A stretch of 57,346 nucleotides of DNA from positions 1 to 57,346 of the forward strand of contig CAZROF010000001.1 in the NCBI GenBank assembly GCA_964601675.1. Direction: 5' to 3'. The translations under genes and the position numbers were made by a program. Source of the DNA: Candidatus Woesearchaeota archaeon (GTDB lineage Archaea > Nanobdellota > Nanobdellia > Pacearchaeales > GW2011-AR1). The notes beneath the pieces were generated by a model. It was not told where the DNA came from. It did not search any database and saw nothing but the letters and a program-made list of their open reading frames with translations. Within the stretch, counting starts at the first letter, position 1, and each line of letters begins with the position of its first letter. This document shows, in pieces, positions 44,546 to 53,814 of the stretch.

Positions 44546-46063
44546 ATGGGACGCAATACAGCAAACTCGTCAAAAGATATACAAAATAAAACGAATAGCT
44601 TTGTAAAAAAATCCCCCTTGACTAGAGTATCGTCAAAAATTACAAAAGCTATTAAAAATGTAAAGTTAGAGTATATATTTCTTTCAATTATATTATTATT
44701 CGGTTTCTTCTTAAGAATTTTCAAATTAGGCAAACCTTCTCTCTGGGTAGATGAATCAACTTCTGCCATCGCCTCTAAAATGATTCTAGCGAAAGGATTT
44801 CCAATATTTGATTCTGGATTATTATACAGCAGGGCATATCTATTCCATTATTTGCAATCTTTTTTCTTATTGTTTGGACAGACAGATTTTCTCATTCGTT
44901 TGACCTCTGTAATAGTAGGACTCCTAACTATTCTTCTTGTATACTTTATCGGGAGGGAATATTCTAAATCAGGAGGGTTAATATCTGCATTATTTATGAG
45001 TGTATTCTATCTTGAAGTATTCTATTCCAGACAGGCAAGATTCTACCAGTTATTTCAGTTATTGTTTTTCTTATCAATTTATCTTTTATATAAATCAAAG
45101 AGAAATCCAAAGTTCCTATATACCTCACTGATAGTATTATTTATCACCATAAATGTTCAAATTGCGGGCTTAGTCTTAACTCCTTTTTTTATTATTCATA
45201 TTTTGATTTATAGCAAGAAATGGAGAAAATATTTTGCCATAGTCCCCTTAGTTCCACTTATAGAAAAATTCATGCCAGCGAGGGGGCTTTCAACAGATTC
45301 TGCTAGCTCTGCAGTAAACTATGTCAGTAAATATGCGGCATACACACACAACCTAATTTATATGATTATTCTGTTTTCCCCGGGTGTAATCTGGGGTTAT
45401 TTCAAAAAGAAAAGACTAACTTCACTTATTGTTTTGCCCTCAATTATTCTTTTAATAGGAATATTTCTTCTTCAAACATTTGCCCTAAGATACATCTATT
45501 TCATGGTCTTCCCGTTAATACTGTATTTTTCCTTATTTATGTCGTTTTTGTATGAGAGATATGGGAGGATGATTTTACTAGTTATTTTGGTATTATTGAT
45601 TTTTCCTTCTAACTTTGTTTTTCCATATACCTCTGTTAATATCTTAAAGCCAATTGACTATTCTTTATATGATTCTTCCGCCCCAACTACGAATTACAAA
45701 AATTTACCCCTAGATTTATTGGCGGATTTAAAAAATCCTCAGAACATCCTAGTCTCTTATTTCTCTTCAGATGTGGAATGGAATATCCGTAAGCCAGATT
45801 ATGTCTTGCCCTTTTCAATGGACGGGAGAGGTTATGATCAGATTTCATATAATAATTCAAAAGGAATTTTGGTGGATAGATACTCTGGTTCTCCTATATT
45901 AGATTTTAAGCCAGAAAATTCTTACTACGTCTTAGCGGATAGATTTTCAGTTAGCAAACTTAAACCCTCTCAAAGAGAATTTTTAAGGAGCTTAACAAAA
46001 GGATGTACAATTCCTTACGAAAATTTTGATTTGAGGATTTTTTCCTGCTTTCTGGATAATTAG
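44546..46063 (+). CDS. GT39/GT83 (PMT/ArnT-like) polytopic glycosyltransferase
   Basis: LRIFKLGKPSLWVDESTSA (loop-1 DE motif) followed by more than 10 TM helices and a soluble C-terminal domain. Confidence 0.65.
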   Translation: MGRNTANSSKDIQNKTNSFVKKSPLTRVSSKITKAIKNVKLEYIFLSIILLFGFFLRIFKLGKPSLWVDESTSAIASKMILAKGFPIFDSGLLYSRAYLFHYLQSFFLLFGQTDFLIRLTSVIVGLLTILLVYFIGREYSKSGGLISALFMSVFYLEVFYSRQARFYQLFQLLFFLSIYLLYKSKRNPKFLYTSLIVLFITINVQIAGLVLTPFFIIHILIYSKKWRKYFAIVPLVPLIEKFMPARGLSTDSASSAVNYVSKYAAYTHNLIYMIILFSPGVIWGYFKKKRLTSLIVLPSIILLIGIFLLQTFALRYIYFMVFPLILYFSLFMSFLYERYGRMILLVILVLLIFPSNFVFPYTSVNILKPIDYSLYDSSAPTTNYKNLPLDLLADLKNPQNILVSYFSSDVEWNIRKPDYVLPFSMDGRGYDQISYNNSKGILVDRYSGSPILDFKPENSYYVLADRFSVSKLKPSQREFLRSLTKGCTIPYENFDLRIFSCFLDN

Positions 46064-46103
46064 TTGGAATAAAACTTTTAAACAAATTATACACTCACTC
46101 TTT

Positions 46104-46541
46104 ATGAGAAAAATATTTTTGGTTTTGATTATGGGTTTGTTTGTTTTTTCTATTGCTGGTGTCAGTGCAACGACACTTATTAACGGAGTAATTTATAGTA
46201 GTAATCATATTACATTTGTTTCTGGTGCAAACGTTAGTATAGCGTGCACTCATAGAGATATAATTAATTATAAAAATTCTATTAGCATTTCTGATGGTTC
46301 TTATGGTGCAAGTTTTTTGGAAAGTAAATGCGATGAGGGAGATTCTGTAACTGTTATTGCTAGTAAAGGGGATTTGTCTGGAATTAAAACGAAGGTGGTT
46401 CAAAATAAAATAGACTATCCTGGGGTTAGTGTAAATCTTGCAGTTGTTAATGTAGCAATGACTCCAGAATTCGGATTTTTTCTTGGAACCCTAACTCTAA
46501 TCAGTGTTGTTGGAATCTTCTTCGTAGTTAGAAGGGATTGA
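46104..46541 (+). CDS. small PEF-CTERM surface protein
   Basis: GVIYSSN..GANVSIAC..SDGSYGASF domain. The C-terminus is TPEFGFFLGTLTLISVVGIFFVVRRD. Confidence 0.75.
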   Translation: MRKIFLVLIMGLFVFSIAGVSATTLINGVIYSSNHITFVSGANVSIACTHRDIINYKNSISISDGSYGASFLESKCDEGDSVTVIASKGDLSGIKTKVVQNKIDYPGVSVNLAVVNVAMTPEFGFFLGTLTLISVVGIFFVVRRD

Positions 46542-46620
46542 AAACTCTTAGAAACAGACTTTCTTCTAATAGATAGTTAATCACAATAAACCTTTTAAAG
46601 CAGGATATGATTGATTTTTT

Positions 46621-47070
46621 ATGAAAAAACAAATCACATTATTTTCAGTATTTATGATAGTCGTTATTATGAGCTTCTCTGTATCCGCAAGTACGTCATA
46701 TATAGATCTTTCCAATATTAAAGACACCGTAGTTGGAGGGGTTATTTATAGTAGTGGATCTTTTACTACAGTACCGGGTGCTAATGTGGCAATTACCTGC
46801 GAAGGAGTTACTAAGGAAACAGTTAGCGATTCCATTGGGGTGTATTCTGTACAATTTACTCCATTTCAATGTAGTCTTAATGATGTTGTAACAGTTATCG
46901 CGAAAAAAGGAGATTTATCAGGAGTTAAAACTGCTCCCGTTAATGACTATGGTTTAACTGTAAATTTAGCTATTGTTAATGTCCCAATGACCCCAGAATT
47001 TGGATTCTTTTTTGGAACCCTAACTCTAATTAGCGCTGTTGGAATCTTCTTCGTAGTTAGAAGAGATTAG
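46621..47070 (+). CDS. small PEF-CTERM surface protein
   Basis: GVIYSSG..GANVAITCEG..SIGVYSVQF domain. The C-terminus is TPEFGFFFGTLTLISAVGIFFVVRRD. Confidence 0.75.
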   Translation: MKKQITLFSVFMIVVIMSFSVSASTSYIDLSNIKDTVVGGVIYSSGSFTTVPGANVAITCEGVTKETVSDSIGVYSVQFTPFQCSLNDVVTVIAKKGDLSGVKTAPVNDYGLTVNLAIVNVPMTPEFGFFFGTLTLISAVGIFFVVRRD

Positions 47071-47277
47071 ATGAGTGGTTAGTTTCTAGCAATATTATTT
47101 ATGTAATGTGATTTGTCCAGTGAGATAACCTTTTGAAGAGATATGATTATATGTCATAAATATTCTTATGAAAATTATCTATTCCATATGAGTTCTTTTT
47201 GTTTTCGTTTAATCCCTAAATCTTACTCAATACTAAGAAACAATCAAATTGGGACGCTGAATAACTGCCTATATAAA

Positions 47278-50040
47278 TTACTCTTTAATTAAAAAATCAT
47301 CCATAACACCAAACCCTTTAAAATATATGTCTCCTCTGGTGGGAGTCATTCCATATTTTTTCTGAATTTTAAATCTAAATTTATTGCCTGATTCCATATA
47401 ATGCAAAATTCCATCTTTATCTTGAGTAGATTTAGGTGTTCCTTGGGGCTTAAATCCGTTAGCCATGTTTATAGTATATGTAATTTCTTCAGGCCTGAGA
47501 TAGGAATATTTCGCTAGGTATTTTGCACCTATCGGAGAATGCAAACCTTTAGAATATCTGAGCCATCCACCGGAATCTCCAAGATAAAACCTCATATCAA
47601 GACTATTTTCTGCATAATTCAGATTAATCACTCCAAGATATAATTCATCTACCTTAGATAAGTCGAAATTTATATTATAATCGGTCCAATGGGAATAATA
47701 ATTCTCCGAAAAATTAGCATTAAATCCCACGACTTTATTCTTCCCGTCTTGGAATAGCCTTGCGTTGGATCCATATTTTTCCATAAAATCTGCATCAAGA
47801 TTTTCTTGTGTCTGCTGATTTGCGCTATAAATCATAATCGGGGTTGCTGTCGCAATTGCGTCAAACTCAATATTATTTTCTTTTGTATATGTAAAAGAGT
47901 CATAATTGCAAAATCTTAATCGTAATTTACTAATCTCTCCTGTTTGCCCCGCTCCTTCTAGTTTTGCTTTATGATTATTCGCAACAAATGATGACCATCC
48001 ATCTTCTTGATTTTTTCCTAATTTTAAAGATAATTTATACCACCCTCCGTTTGAAAACTGATATAATCGAACATTTTCATGTTGATTTGATGGTACTTTT
48101 AACTTTCCTCTAATATCATGAATATCGTTTATATTGTATCGTTGGCCTGGAGTTAGCGGAAGATCTATGGCCCGACTTTTCCCATGTTCTAATCCAGCTA
48201 AATTCATTTCATAACTAAATTGTCCTTCATATGGATTTTCCTGAATTATCGCCACATCGTTTGATAAATTGGAACTACCTACTTTTCTCCAAGTATTTTC
48301 CCCCGATTCGGCATCGGATAATATCTGTTCTAAGCTCGTTTTGGCACCAATGTGATAAGAAATATCTCCTATATTATCACTATCATCTTGTGATTTTCCA
48401 GTTATATCAATAAATGAGTTTTCCTTTATATTTCGGACTAAATCACTTTGAGAAGGATGAATTAGTATTTTATCATTTGTAATATATTCTACTGTTTGAG
48501 GACTTCCTCCGATATCTATTTCAGCATAAGGTACTGCTTCGTTAAAAGTAATAGAAATATTTCTTAAGTCTTTGTCGTAATTAACAGATTCTACTATAGG
48601 GGGAGTGACATCTAGATTAGTTATAATTTCTAGCTCTCCACTTGCATTTTTAATTACCTTAAAGTGATCTTCATATAAGTTTCCTGCAAAATCATTAATT
48701 TTAATGTCCTTAACTTCGTCTATTTTTACTATTATCTCTTGAGGATAGGAAGAAACTCCGCAATTATCATAAGAGGCTCCAGAAACTATAATATTACCTT
48801 GACTGTCTTTAAATGGTTTATCAAATGTGAAAGTTAACGGTGTTCTATCTAAAATTACATCAAAAGTTTTTGTTGATGAATGGCTATATTCATCTGTAGC
48901 AGTGACCTGAACAGGATTATCATTTTCTTTCCATTGGGTTGTATATTCTAATGGATTTGTTACTTCTGGGTATAATTTCCCGTTTATTTCTGCGGAACTT
49001 TTAGATGGGTCTTTTACATTCACCTTTAATACATAGTTGGGGTCCTTGGTGCAAATTTTTTGAGCCCCATCTTTATTATATATACTAGTCTCATTCATCT
49101 CATTGTAATATCGACTAAATTCTACCATTATCCGTGGGGGCATACTGTCATAAAATGTTTGACCCCTAAAGGCTTCTCCTCTATTCCCTGAGCTATCTGT
49201 TGCATAACAAGTTATATCATTTGTACCTTGATGGAGATATATAGGATTTGCCCAACTGACCACTTCAGGACCAATTTTAGAAATTGCTTTTGGATAGCCA
49301 TTACACTTAATATCTTTTACAGAATAAGCATCTTGTGCTGTTCCTGTTATCTTTAATTGATTGTTTTTTATAGAAGTGGGGGTGATGATTGATTTTGAAA
49401 ATGGATTCACAGTTATACTAGGACCTAATGTATCTTTTATAATTGTAGTCACAAGTTCGCCTGGAGTTCCATCATGATTTGTGAAATCTGTAGTTATTTT
49501 ATTTAATCCTTCGAAAAGCGGTATGTCTCGCTTGAAATAACCGTTTGAATTTATAGACTGAATCTCATTATTTATTGTTACATAGGGGTTTGTTGTGTTG
49601 AAAACAAAGCCTTCATAAAAATAAGTTTCTTTATTCGTAAATGTATTTTTTGGAGGGTGATTAACACATATAAAAGCATTTTCTTTTATTGATGAGTTTG
49701 AGGGAGACTTTGGCTCTGAAAATTCTGTTGAATCTCCGGTATCAGAATTTCCAGATATTCTAAATAGAAGTGTTGAACTTGGATCGATCGTCGTTGCGAA
49801 AGAATTTGCACAAAGAGTTCTGCCACATACATTTGTAGTTCTTGCAGAATTCACTAACTTATATCTTCCAAAATTTTCCTGCATTTGTGTAGTATAAAAA
49901 TCATAATAGGGGCTAGATTGAGTCCATGCTATGTAAACAGTTTTATCTGCTGCTTGAACAACTTTTTCGGGGATAGTTACATTAGTTACCAAAGTAGCTA
50001 ATCCTAATGTTAGAGCTGTCTTGACTAATTTATTTCTCAT
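47278..50040 (-). CDS. large secreted protein (920 aa) with Ig-like repeats
   Basis: N-terminal signal peptide (ALTLGLATLVTNV..VQAADK). It has HYR/Ig-like segments (GTNDITCYATDSSGN) and no C-terminal anchor. Confidence 0.55.
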   Translation of the reverse strand: MRNKLVKTALTLGLATLVTNVTIPEKVVQAADKTVYIAWTQSSPYYDFYTTQMQENFGRYKLVNSARTTNVCGRTLCANSFATTIDPSSTLLFRISGNSDTGDSTEFSEPKSPSNSSIKENAFICVNHPPKNTFTNKETYFYEGFVFNTTNPYVTINNEIQSINSNGYFKRDIPLFEGLNKITTDFTNHDGTPGELVTTIIKDTLGPSITVNPFSKSIITPTSIKNNQLKITGTAQDAYSVKDIKCNGYPKAISKIGPEVVSWANPIYLHQGTNDITCYATDSSGNRGEAFRGQTFYDSMPPRIMVEFSRYYNEMNETSIYNKDGAQKICTKDPNYVLKVNVKDPSKSSAEINGKLYPEVTNPLEYTTQWKENDNPVQVTATDEYSHSSTKTFDVILDRTPLTFTFDKPFKDSQGNIIVSGASYDNCGVSSYPQEIIVKIDEVKDIKINDFAGNLYEDHFKVIKNASGELEIITNLDVTPPIVESVNYDKDLRNISITFNEAVPYAEIDIGGSPQTVEYITNDKILIHPSQSDLVRNIKENSFIDITGKSQDDSDNIGDISYHIGAKTSLEQILSDAESGENTWRKVGSSNLSNDVAIIQENPYEGQFSYEMNLAGLEHGKSRAIDLPLTPGQRYNINDIHDIRGKLKVPSNQHENVRLYQFSNGGWYKLSLKLGKNQEDGWSSFVANNHKAKLEGAGQTGEISKLRLRFCNYDSFTYTKENNIEFDAIATATPIMIYSANQQTQENLDADFMEKYGSNARLFQDGKNKVVGFNANFSENYYSHWTDYNINFDLSKVDELYLGVINLNYAENSLDMRFYLGDSGGWLRYSKGLHSPIGAKYLAKYSYLRPEEITYTINMANGFKPQGTPKSTQDKDGILHYMESGNKFRFKIQKKYGMTPTRGDIYFKGFGVMDDFLIKE

Positions 50041-50171
50041 CTTCCTTTTTATTTAATATAGTTATTTATATATAAACTTTTATATATATAAGAAGACATT
50101 TAGAATAAGCATATATTTTGAAAAATCGTTTTCATTATAAATGTGTAAATAAAGTGTGCGATATTTCACTC

Positions 50172-53100
50172 ATGGGAGAAAACTACAAAAAAACGCGTTG
50201 TGGATTATTATTGATAATTTTATTTTTAAGCGTGAATATTTCAGCCATCAGCAACGAGACTATAAGCTTCGAGGGAGCAGGGTGGCAGGTTTTCAATATA
50301 ACTATTGGGTATTCTCATATAAATGATTTTACTTTTGACATTTCTGGGAAGGCATATAATTCGTCGTATCCTTCTAATGTAACTGTTAGTTTTGGGAATG
50401 ATTCAAATGTAGGATGGTCATATATGCCTTATAATTCAAGCATAGCTGAAAATGCAAGTTTGATTGAATTTTCTTGGTCTACTAGTCCGTCTACTGCACA
50501 AATTGATTTTATGAGTGGAAATGTCGATGGAACTTATTTAGCTCGACTAACAAATAACCTTTTTACTAAATCTGGTGCCTCTAGCAATGGAAATATCGCG
50601 ATTGGATCGGCAGATAATATTAATGCGCAAGTTTTAGAAATAATAACAGATAATTCCTCTACTCACGCATTTTTACCTTTTATATCTCCTCTTGCCGGTG
50701 GATATGCAGGACTTTATTTGACAAAAGGAGGGTCTACCTATTATTGTAATAGTGATCATAATTTTTCCGCTGTGGTTTCTTGTAATTTGACTTTAGCCGA
50801 AGCTTTAGTCCCTGAGCATCTAGCAAGAGGAGCAGATATTATAAATTTTAGTTGGCTTGAACCAGTGAGTAGTCCAAGCATAGTTAGTGCTATAAATTCT
50901 AGGCTTCAAAGTTGTGGGGTTCCTTGTAATGTTTCAATTAATGTTAGTAGCGCAACTGCGGGAAATATTACGTTCTCAGAATTTGCGGTTGTTGGACCTG
51001 AACCTCCCGCCAATATTTCAATAATTTCTGAAAATTCTACGTATTATCAAATAAATATATCTTCAGAGGCAAACTTAACTAGTGTTAAATATTCCTTTGG
51101 GAAAATACCTGTAGTTAATATTATTCCTATTGTTGCCAACGATGATGAGCCTATTTTAACTGCAAGTCAACGAATTAGATATAATATTCTTATTGATAAT
51201 CTTGCCAGCGCTTGGGATAACTTAACAAACTATAGTCACCCGCTAAATTTTACTTTCTATCAAAATCCGAAAGTTATATCTGATTATTCTATAGGGGAAA
51301 ATAATTTTCTGACATTTTCGTCCAATGCTTTTATTTTAGCAGAAACTCTTGATTCCTCACCGGGTCCTAATATTAATGTTATATTAGATATTCATGATTA
51401 TTTTCCTAATGAAGGTGCTAGCAATTTAAGATCACCTGCTATTTCTGATAATGTAATTGGAAAGGTGTATATGAACGGCTTTTCGGACAGTAATAATAAA
51501 ACTTCTCAATATTTTTATTACAATGAAATTCTTATGAATACGCTTCTCCATGAACTTGCGCATACTTTTATCTTTTATCCTCAAAGTAACGGCAGTAAAT
51601 TATTTTACACTGATCATCCCGCAAGTTTTACTAATATATCAGGTTTTGAAACATATAATGTAACAAAATCCCCAACAGGCAGCGAAGGTTATTATGAAAT
51701 TTATTCTATTTTAAACCAGTTAAGAGTTTATATTGGAAAAGCAGATATTGGAAATGTCTCTCCCCTTCTTTCACCTTTGGATAAGATGTTGCTTGGAATT
51801 TTAAGTTATCATGAGGATGAGAACTATACATTTTACAATGCAAATATTACATGGGAGAGTGATAGATATAATGTTAGTGAAATTACTCCTATAATATATA
51901 ATAATACATACGACATATATATTGTTGCAAATAGAGATATTGAATTTTGGGATGTCAGGTCTGATTCGACAAAAATTGACATGGGGACTAGTACTTCGTT
52001 TTTGATTCCAAAGGCTAGTCAAGGAGATAGTGCTTTATGGGTTTTTGCAGGAGATATAGGACATCCAGATTATTTTAAAGTGTTTAATAATAATGCTTAT
52101 TCAACTAATCAGACTATTATAAATTCTATTTTTTCTGTTAATCTTATTTCTCCCTATGATACCCTTTCTTCGTATGACAATAGCCCAACATTTTATTGCA
52201 GAGCATACGGAAATATTTCCAATATTACATTATATACCAATATAGGAGGGTGGGGAATAGGGGCGAATAATCTTAGTGGAGGAATTATTAATTATACTAT
52301 TTCTAATCTTAATCCTGGTACATATAAGTGGAATTGTTTAGCTTATAATGGCACAAATAATTATTTATTTGCTTCAAATTATACATTCACTATTTTGGGG
52401 AGCGTGCCCCATACTACACTAGGGATTCCTAAAAATGCTTTGCATACTAGATTGACAAATATAAAATTTGCCTGTAATGCTTCTGATGAAATGCAACTAA
52501 CTAACATGTCCCTTTATGGAAACTGGTCAGGAGGATGGCATGCTAATGAAACTGTTAACGTTTCCGGCACATCAAATTCTACAATTTTTACGAAAGTATT
52601 GCCTGAGGGGACTTATGAGTGGAATTGCAAATCAATAAACAACTTAAGTAGCTCTGCCTTTGCTTCTTCTAATAGAACTCTTATAATAACAAACTTAACG
52701 GTGACATTTAATTCATCTAAATGGGATATGTCTGAAACAACTAATTTTTCGAATAAAACAGTGGATGAGTTGAGAAATTTATCTTACGTCAGATTTAAAA
52801 ATTCTTTAGGGAGGATTTCTTTTAAAAATAATCTTTCAATTTTAAGGAATCTTGACATCAAAAATAAAATCAATATAAAAAGTAACTATATTTTTATTAA
52901 TTCTAGTGCTCTGCCTGAATTCGATATCTCCGCGAACCTAACATTGTTTGGTTTAAACTTTAGCAATGTATATGTTTTGCGAGATGGTACAAATTGCACA
53001 AGTTGTGTTATTTATAATTACAGTGGGGGTGTTCTGAATTTTGGGGTTAATGGATTTAGTACTTATTCTGCTGGGGGGCTACCGACTTGCTCGGATGGGG

Positions 53101-53756
53101 TTATGAATGGGGATGAAACTGGAGTAGATTGTGGTGGATCTTGTAGTGCATGTAATAGCGGAAGTAATAATGAGAATTCTGGTGGTGGTGGAGGAAGCGG
53201 AGCTAGTATTAGTCCTATTGTCGAACATAAGGATATACAAGTGATAATTCCTGAGAATATTACAAGGAAAATCACAAATGATACAATAATTTTTATTTAT
53301 CTAGAAAATCCCACAAATGGGCTGAATTTAACTGGATTAAATCTAACTGTCAGTTCAAATATCACTAATTTATCAGTCATGCTTGATAGATATTATATAA
53401 AAAATATCAGCGCAGGAGAGACACAAAAAATAAATCTATCTATTAATGGTAGCAAGGGAGAATATGAGATTAATTTTAGTATTTATATTGAGAGTTTAAA
53501 TATTACTAAAGTATTCACAATGAAAGTTAATCTAACTAAAGAGGATTATAATGAAGCTGTTGTTAAAGATGTAAAGCAGATAGATAGTGAATCAAGAAAT
53601 ATATCTTGGATATGGATTATAATTGGAATAGTTGCCTTAATTTTGATATTTATATTCGCTAAAAAAGGATGGAATAATATCTCAACAAAGAGTAAAGACA
53701 GCATAGCTATTGCTACGAATTATATTATGAATTTGGAAAAATCCCCTAGTTCTTAA
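50172..53756 (+). CDS. giant sequon-rich surface protein with HExxH motif, 4-Cys module and C-terminal TM anchor
   Basis: The start is taken at ATG 50172 (the track start at 50118 is TTG). It has a signal-like CGLLLIILFLSVNISA, dozens of N-x-S/T sequons, LLHELAHTF, PTCSDGVMNGDETGVDCGGSCSAC and a C-terminal WIWIIIGIVALILIFIFAKK. Confidence 0.6.
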   Translation: MGENYKKTRCGLLLIILFLSVNISAISNETISFEGAGWQVFNITIGYSHINDFTFDISGKAYNSSYPSNVTVSFGNDSNVGWSYMPYNSSIAENASLIEFSWSTSPSTAQIDFMSGNVDGTYLARLTNNLFTKSGASSNGNIAIGSADNINAQVLEIITDNSSTHAFLPFISPLAGGYAGLYLTKGGSTYYCNSDHNFSAVVSCNLTLAEALVPEHLARGADIINFSWLEPVSSPSIVSAINSRLQSCGVPCNVSINVSSATAGNITFSEFAVVGPEPPANISIISENSTYYQINISSEANLTSVKYSFGKIPVVNIIPIVANDDEPILTASQRIRYNILIDNLASAWDNLTNYSHPLNFTFYQNPKVISDYSIGENNFLTFSSNAFILAETLDSSPGPNINVILDIHDYFPNEGASNLRSPAISDNVIGKVYMNGFSDSNNKTSQYFYYNEILMNTLLHELAHTFIFYPQSNGSKLFYTDHPASFTNISGFETYNVTKSPTGSEGYYEIYSILNQLRVYIGKADIGNVSPLLSPLDKMLLGILSYHEDENYTFYNANITWESDRYNVSEITPIIYNNTYDIYIVANRDIEFWDVRSDSTKIDMGTSTSFLIPKASQGDSALWVFAGDIGHPDYFKVFNNNAYSTNQTIINSIFSVNLISPYDTLSSYDNSPTFYCRAYGNISNITLYTNIGGWGIGANNLSGGIINYTISNLNPGTYKWNCLAYNGTNNYLFASNYTFTILGSVPHTTLGIPKNALHTRLTNIKFACNASDEMQLTNMSLYGNWSGGWHANETVNVSGTSNSTIFTKVLPEGTYEWNCKSINNLSSSAFASSNRTLIITNLTVTFNSSKWDMSETTNFSNKTVDELRNLSYVRFKNSLGRISFKNNLSILRNLDIKNKINIKSNYIFINSSALPEFDISANLTLFGLNFSNVYVLRDGTNCTSCVIYNYSGGVLNFGVNGFSTYSAGGLPTCSDGVMNGDETGVDCGGSCSACNSGSNNENSGGGGGSGASISPIVEHKDIQVIIPENITRKITNDTIIFIYLENPTNGLNLTGLNLTVSSNITNLSVMLDRYYIKNISAGETQKINLSINGSKGEYEINFSIYIESLNITKVFTMKVNLTKEDYNEAVVKDVKQIDSESRNISWIWIIIGIVALILIFIFAKKGWNNISTKSKDSIAIATNYIMNLEKSPSS

Positions 53757-53814
53757 TACCCGAAATCAGGAAACTAATCAGTGTATTTAAAAATGTTCTT
53801 TCAGCTTAAAATAT

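Noticed and set aside
47168-47191. 7-codon ORF after the duplicated PEF-gene leader, considered as a truncated third PEF-CTERM gene.
   Set aside because: It is far too short to evaluate. Only the leader similarity is reported, at low confidence.
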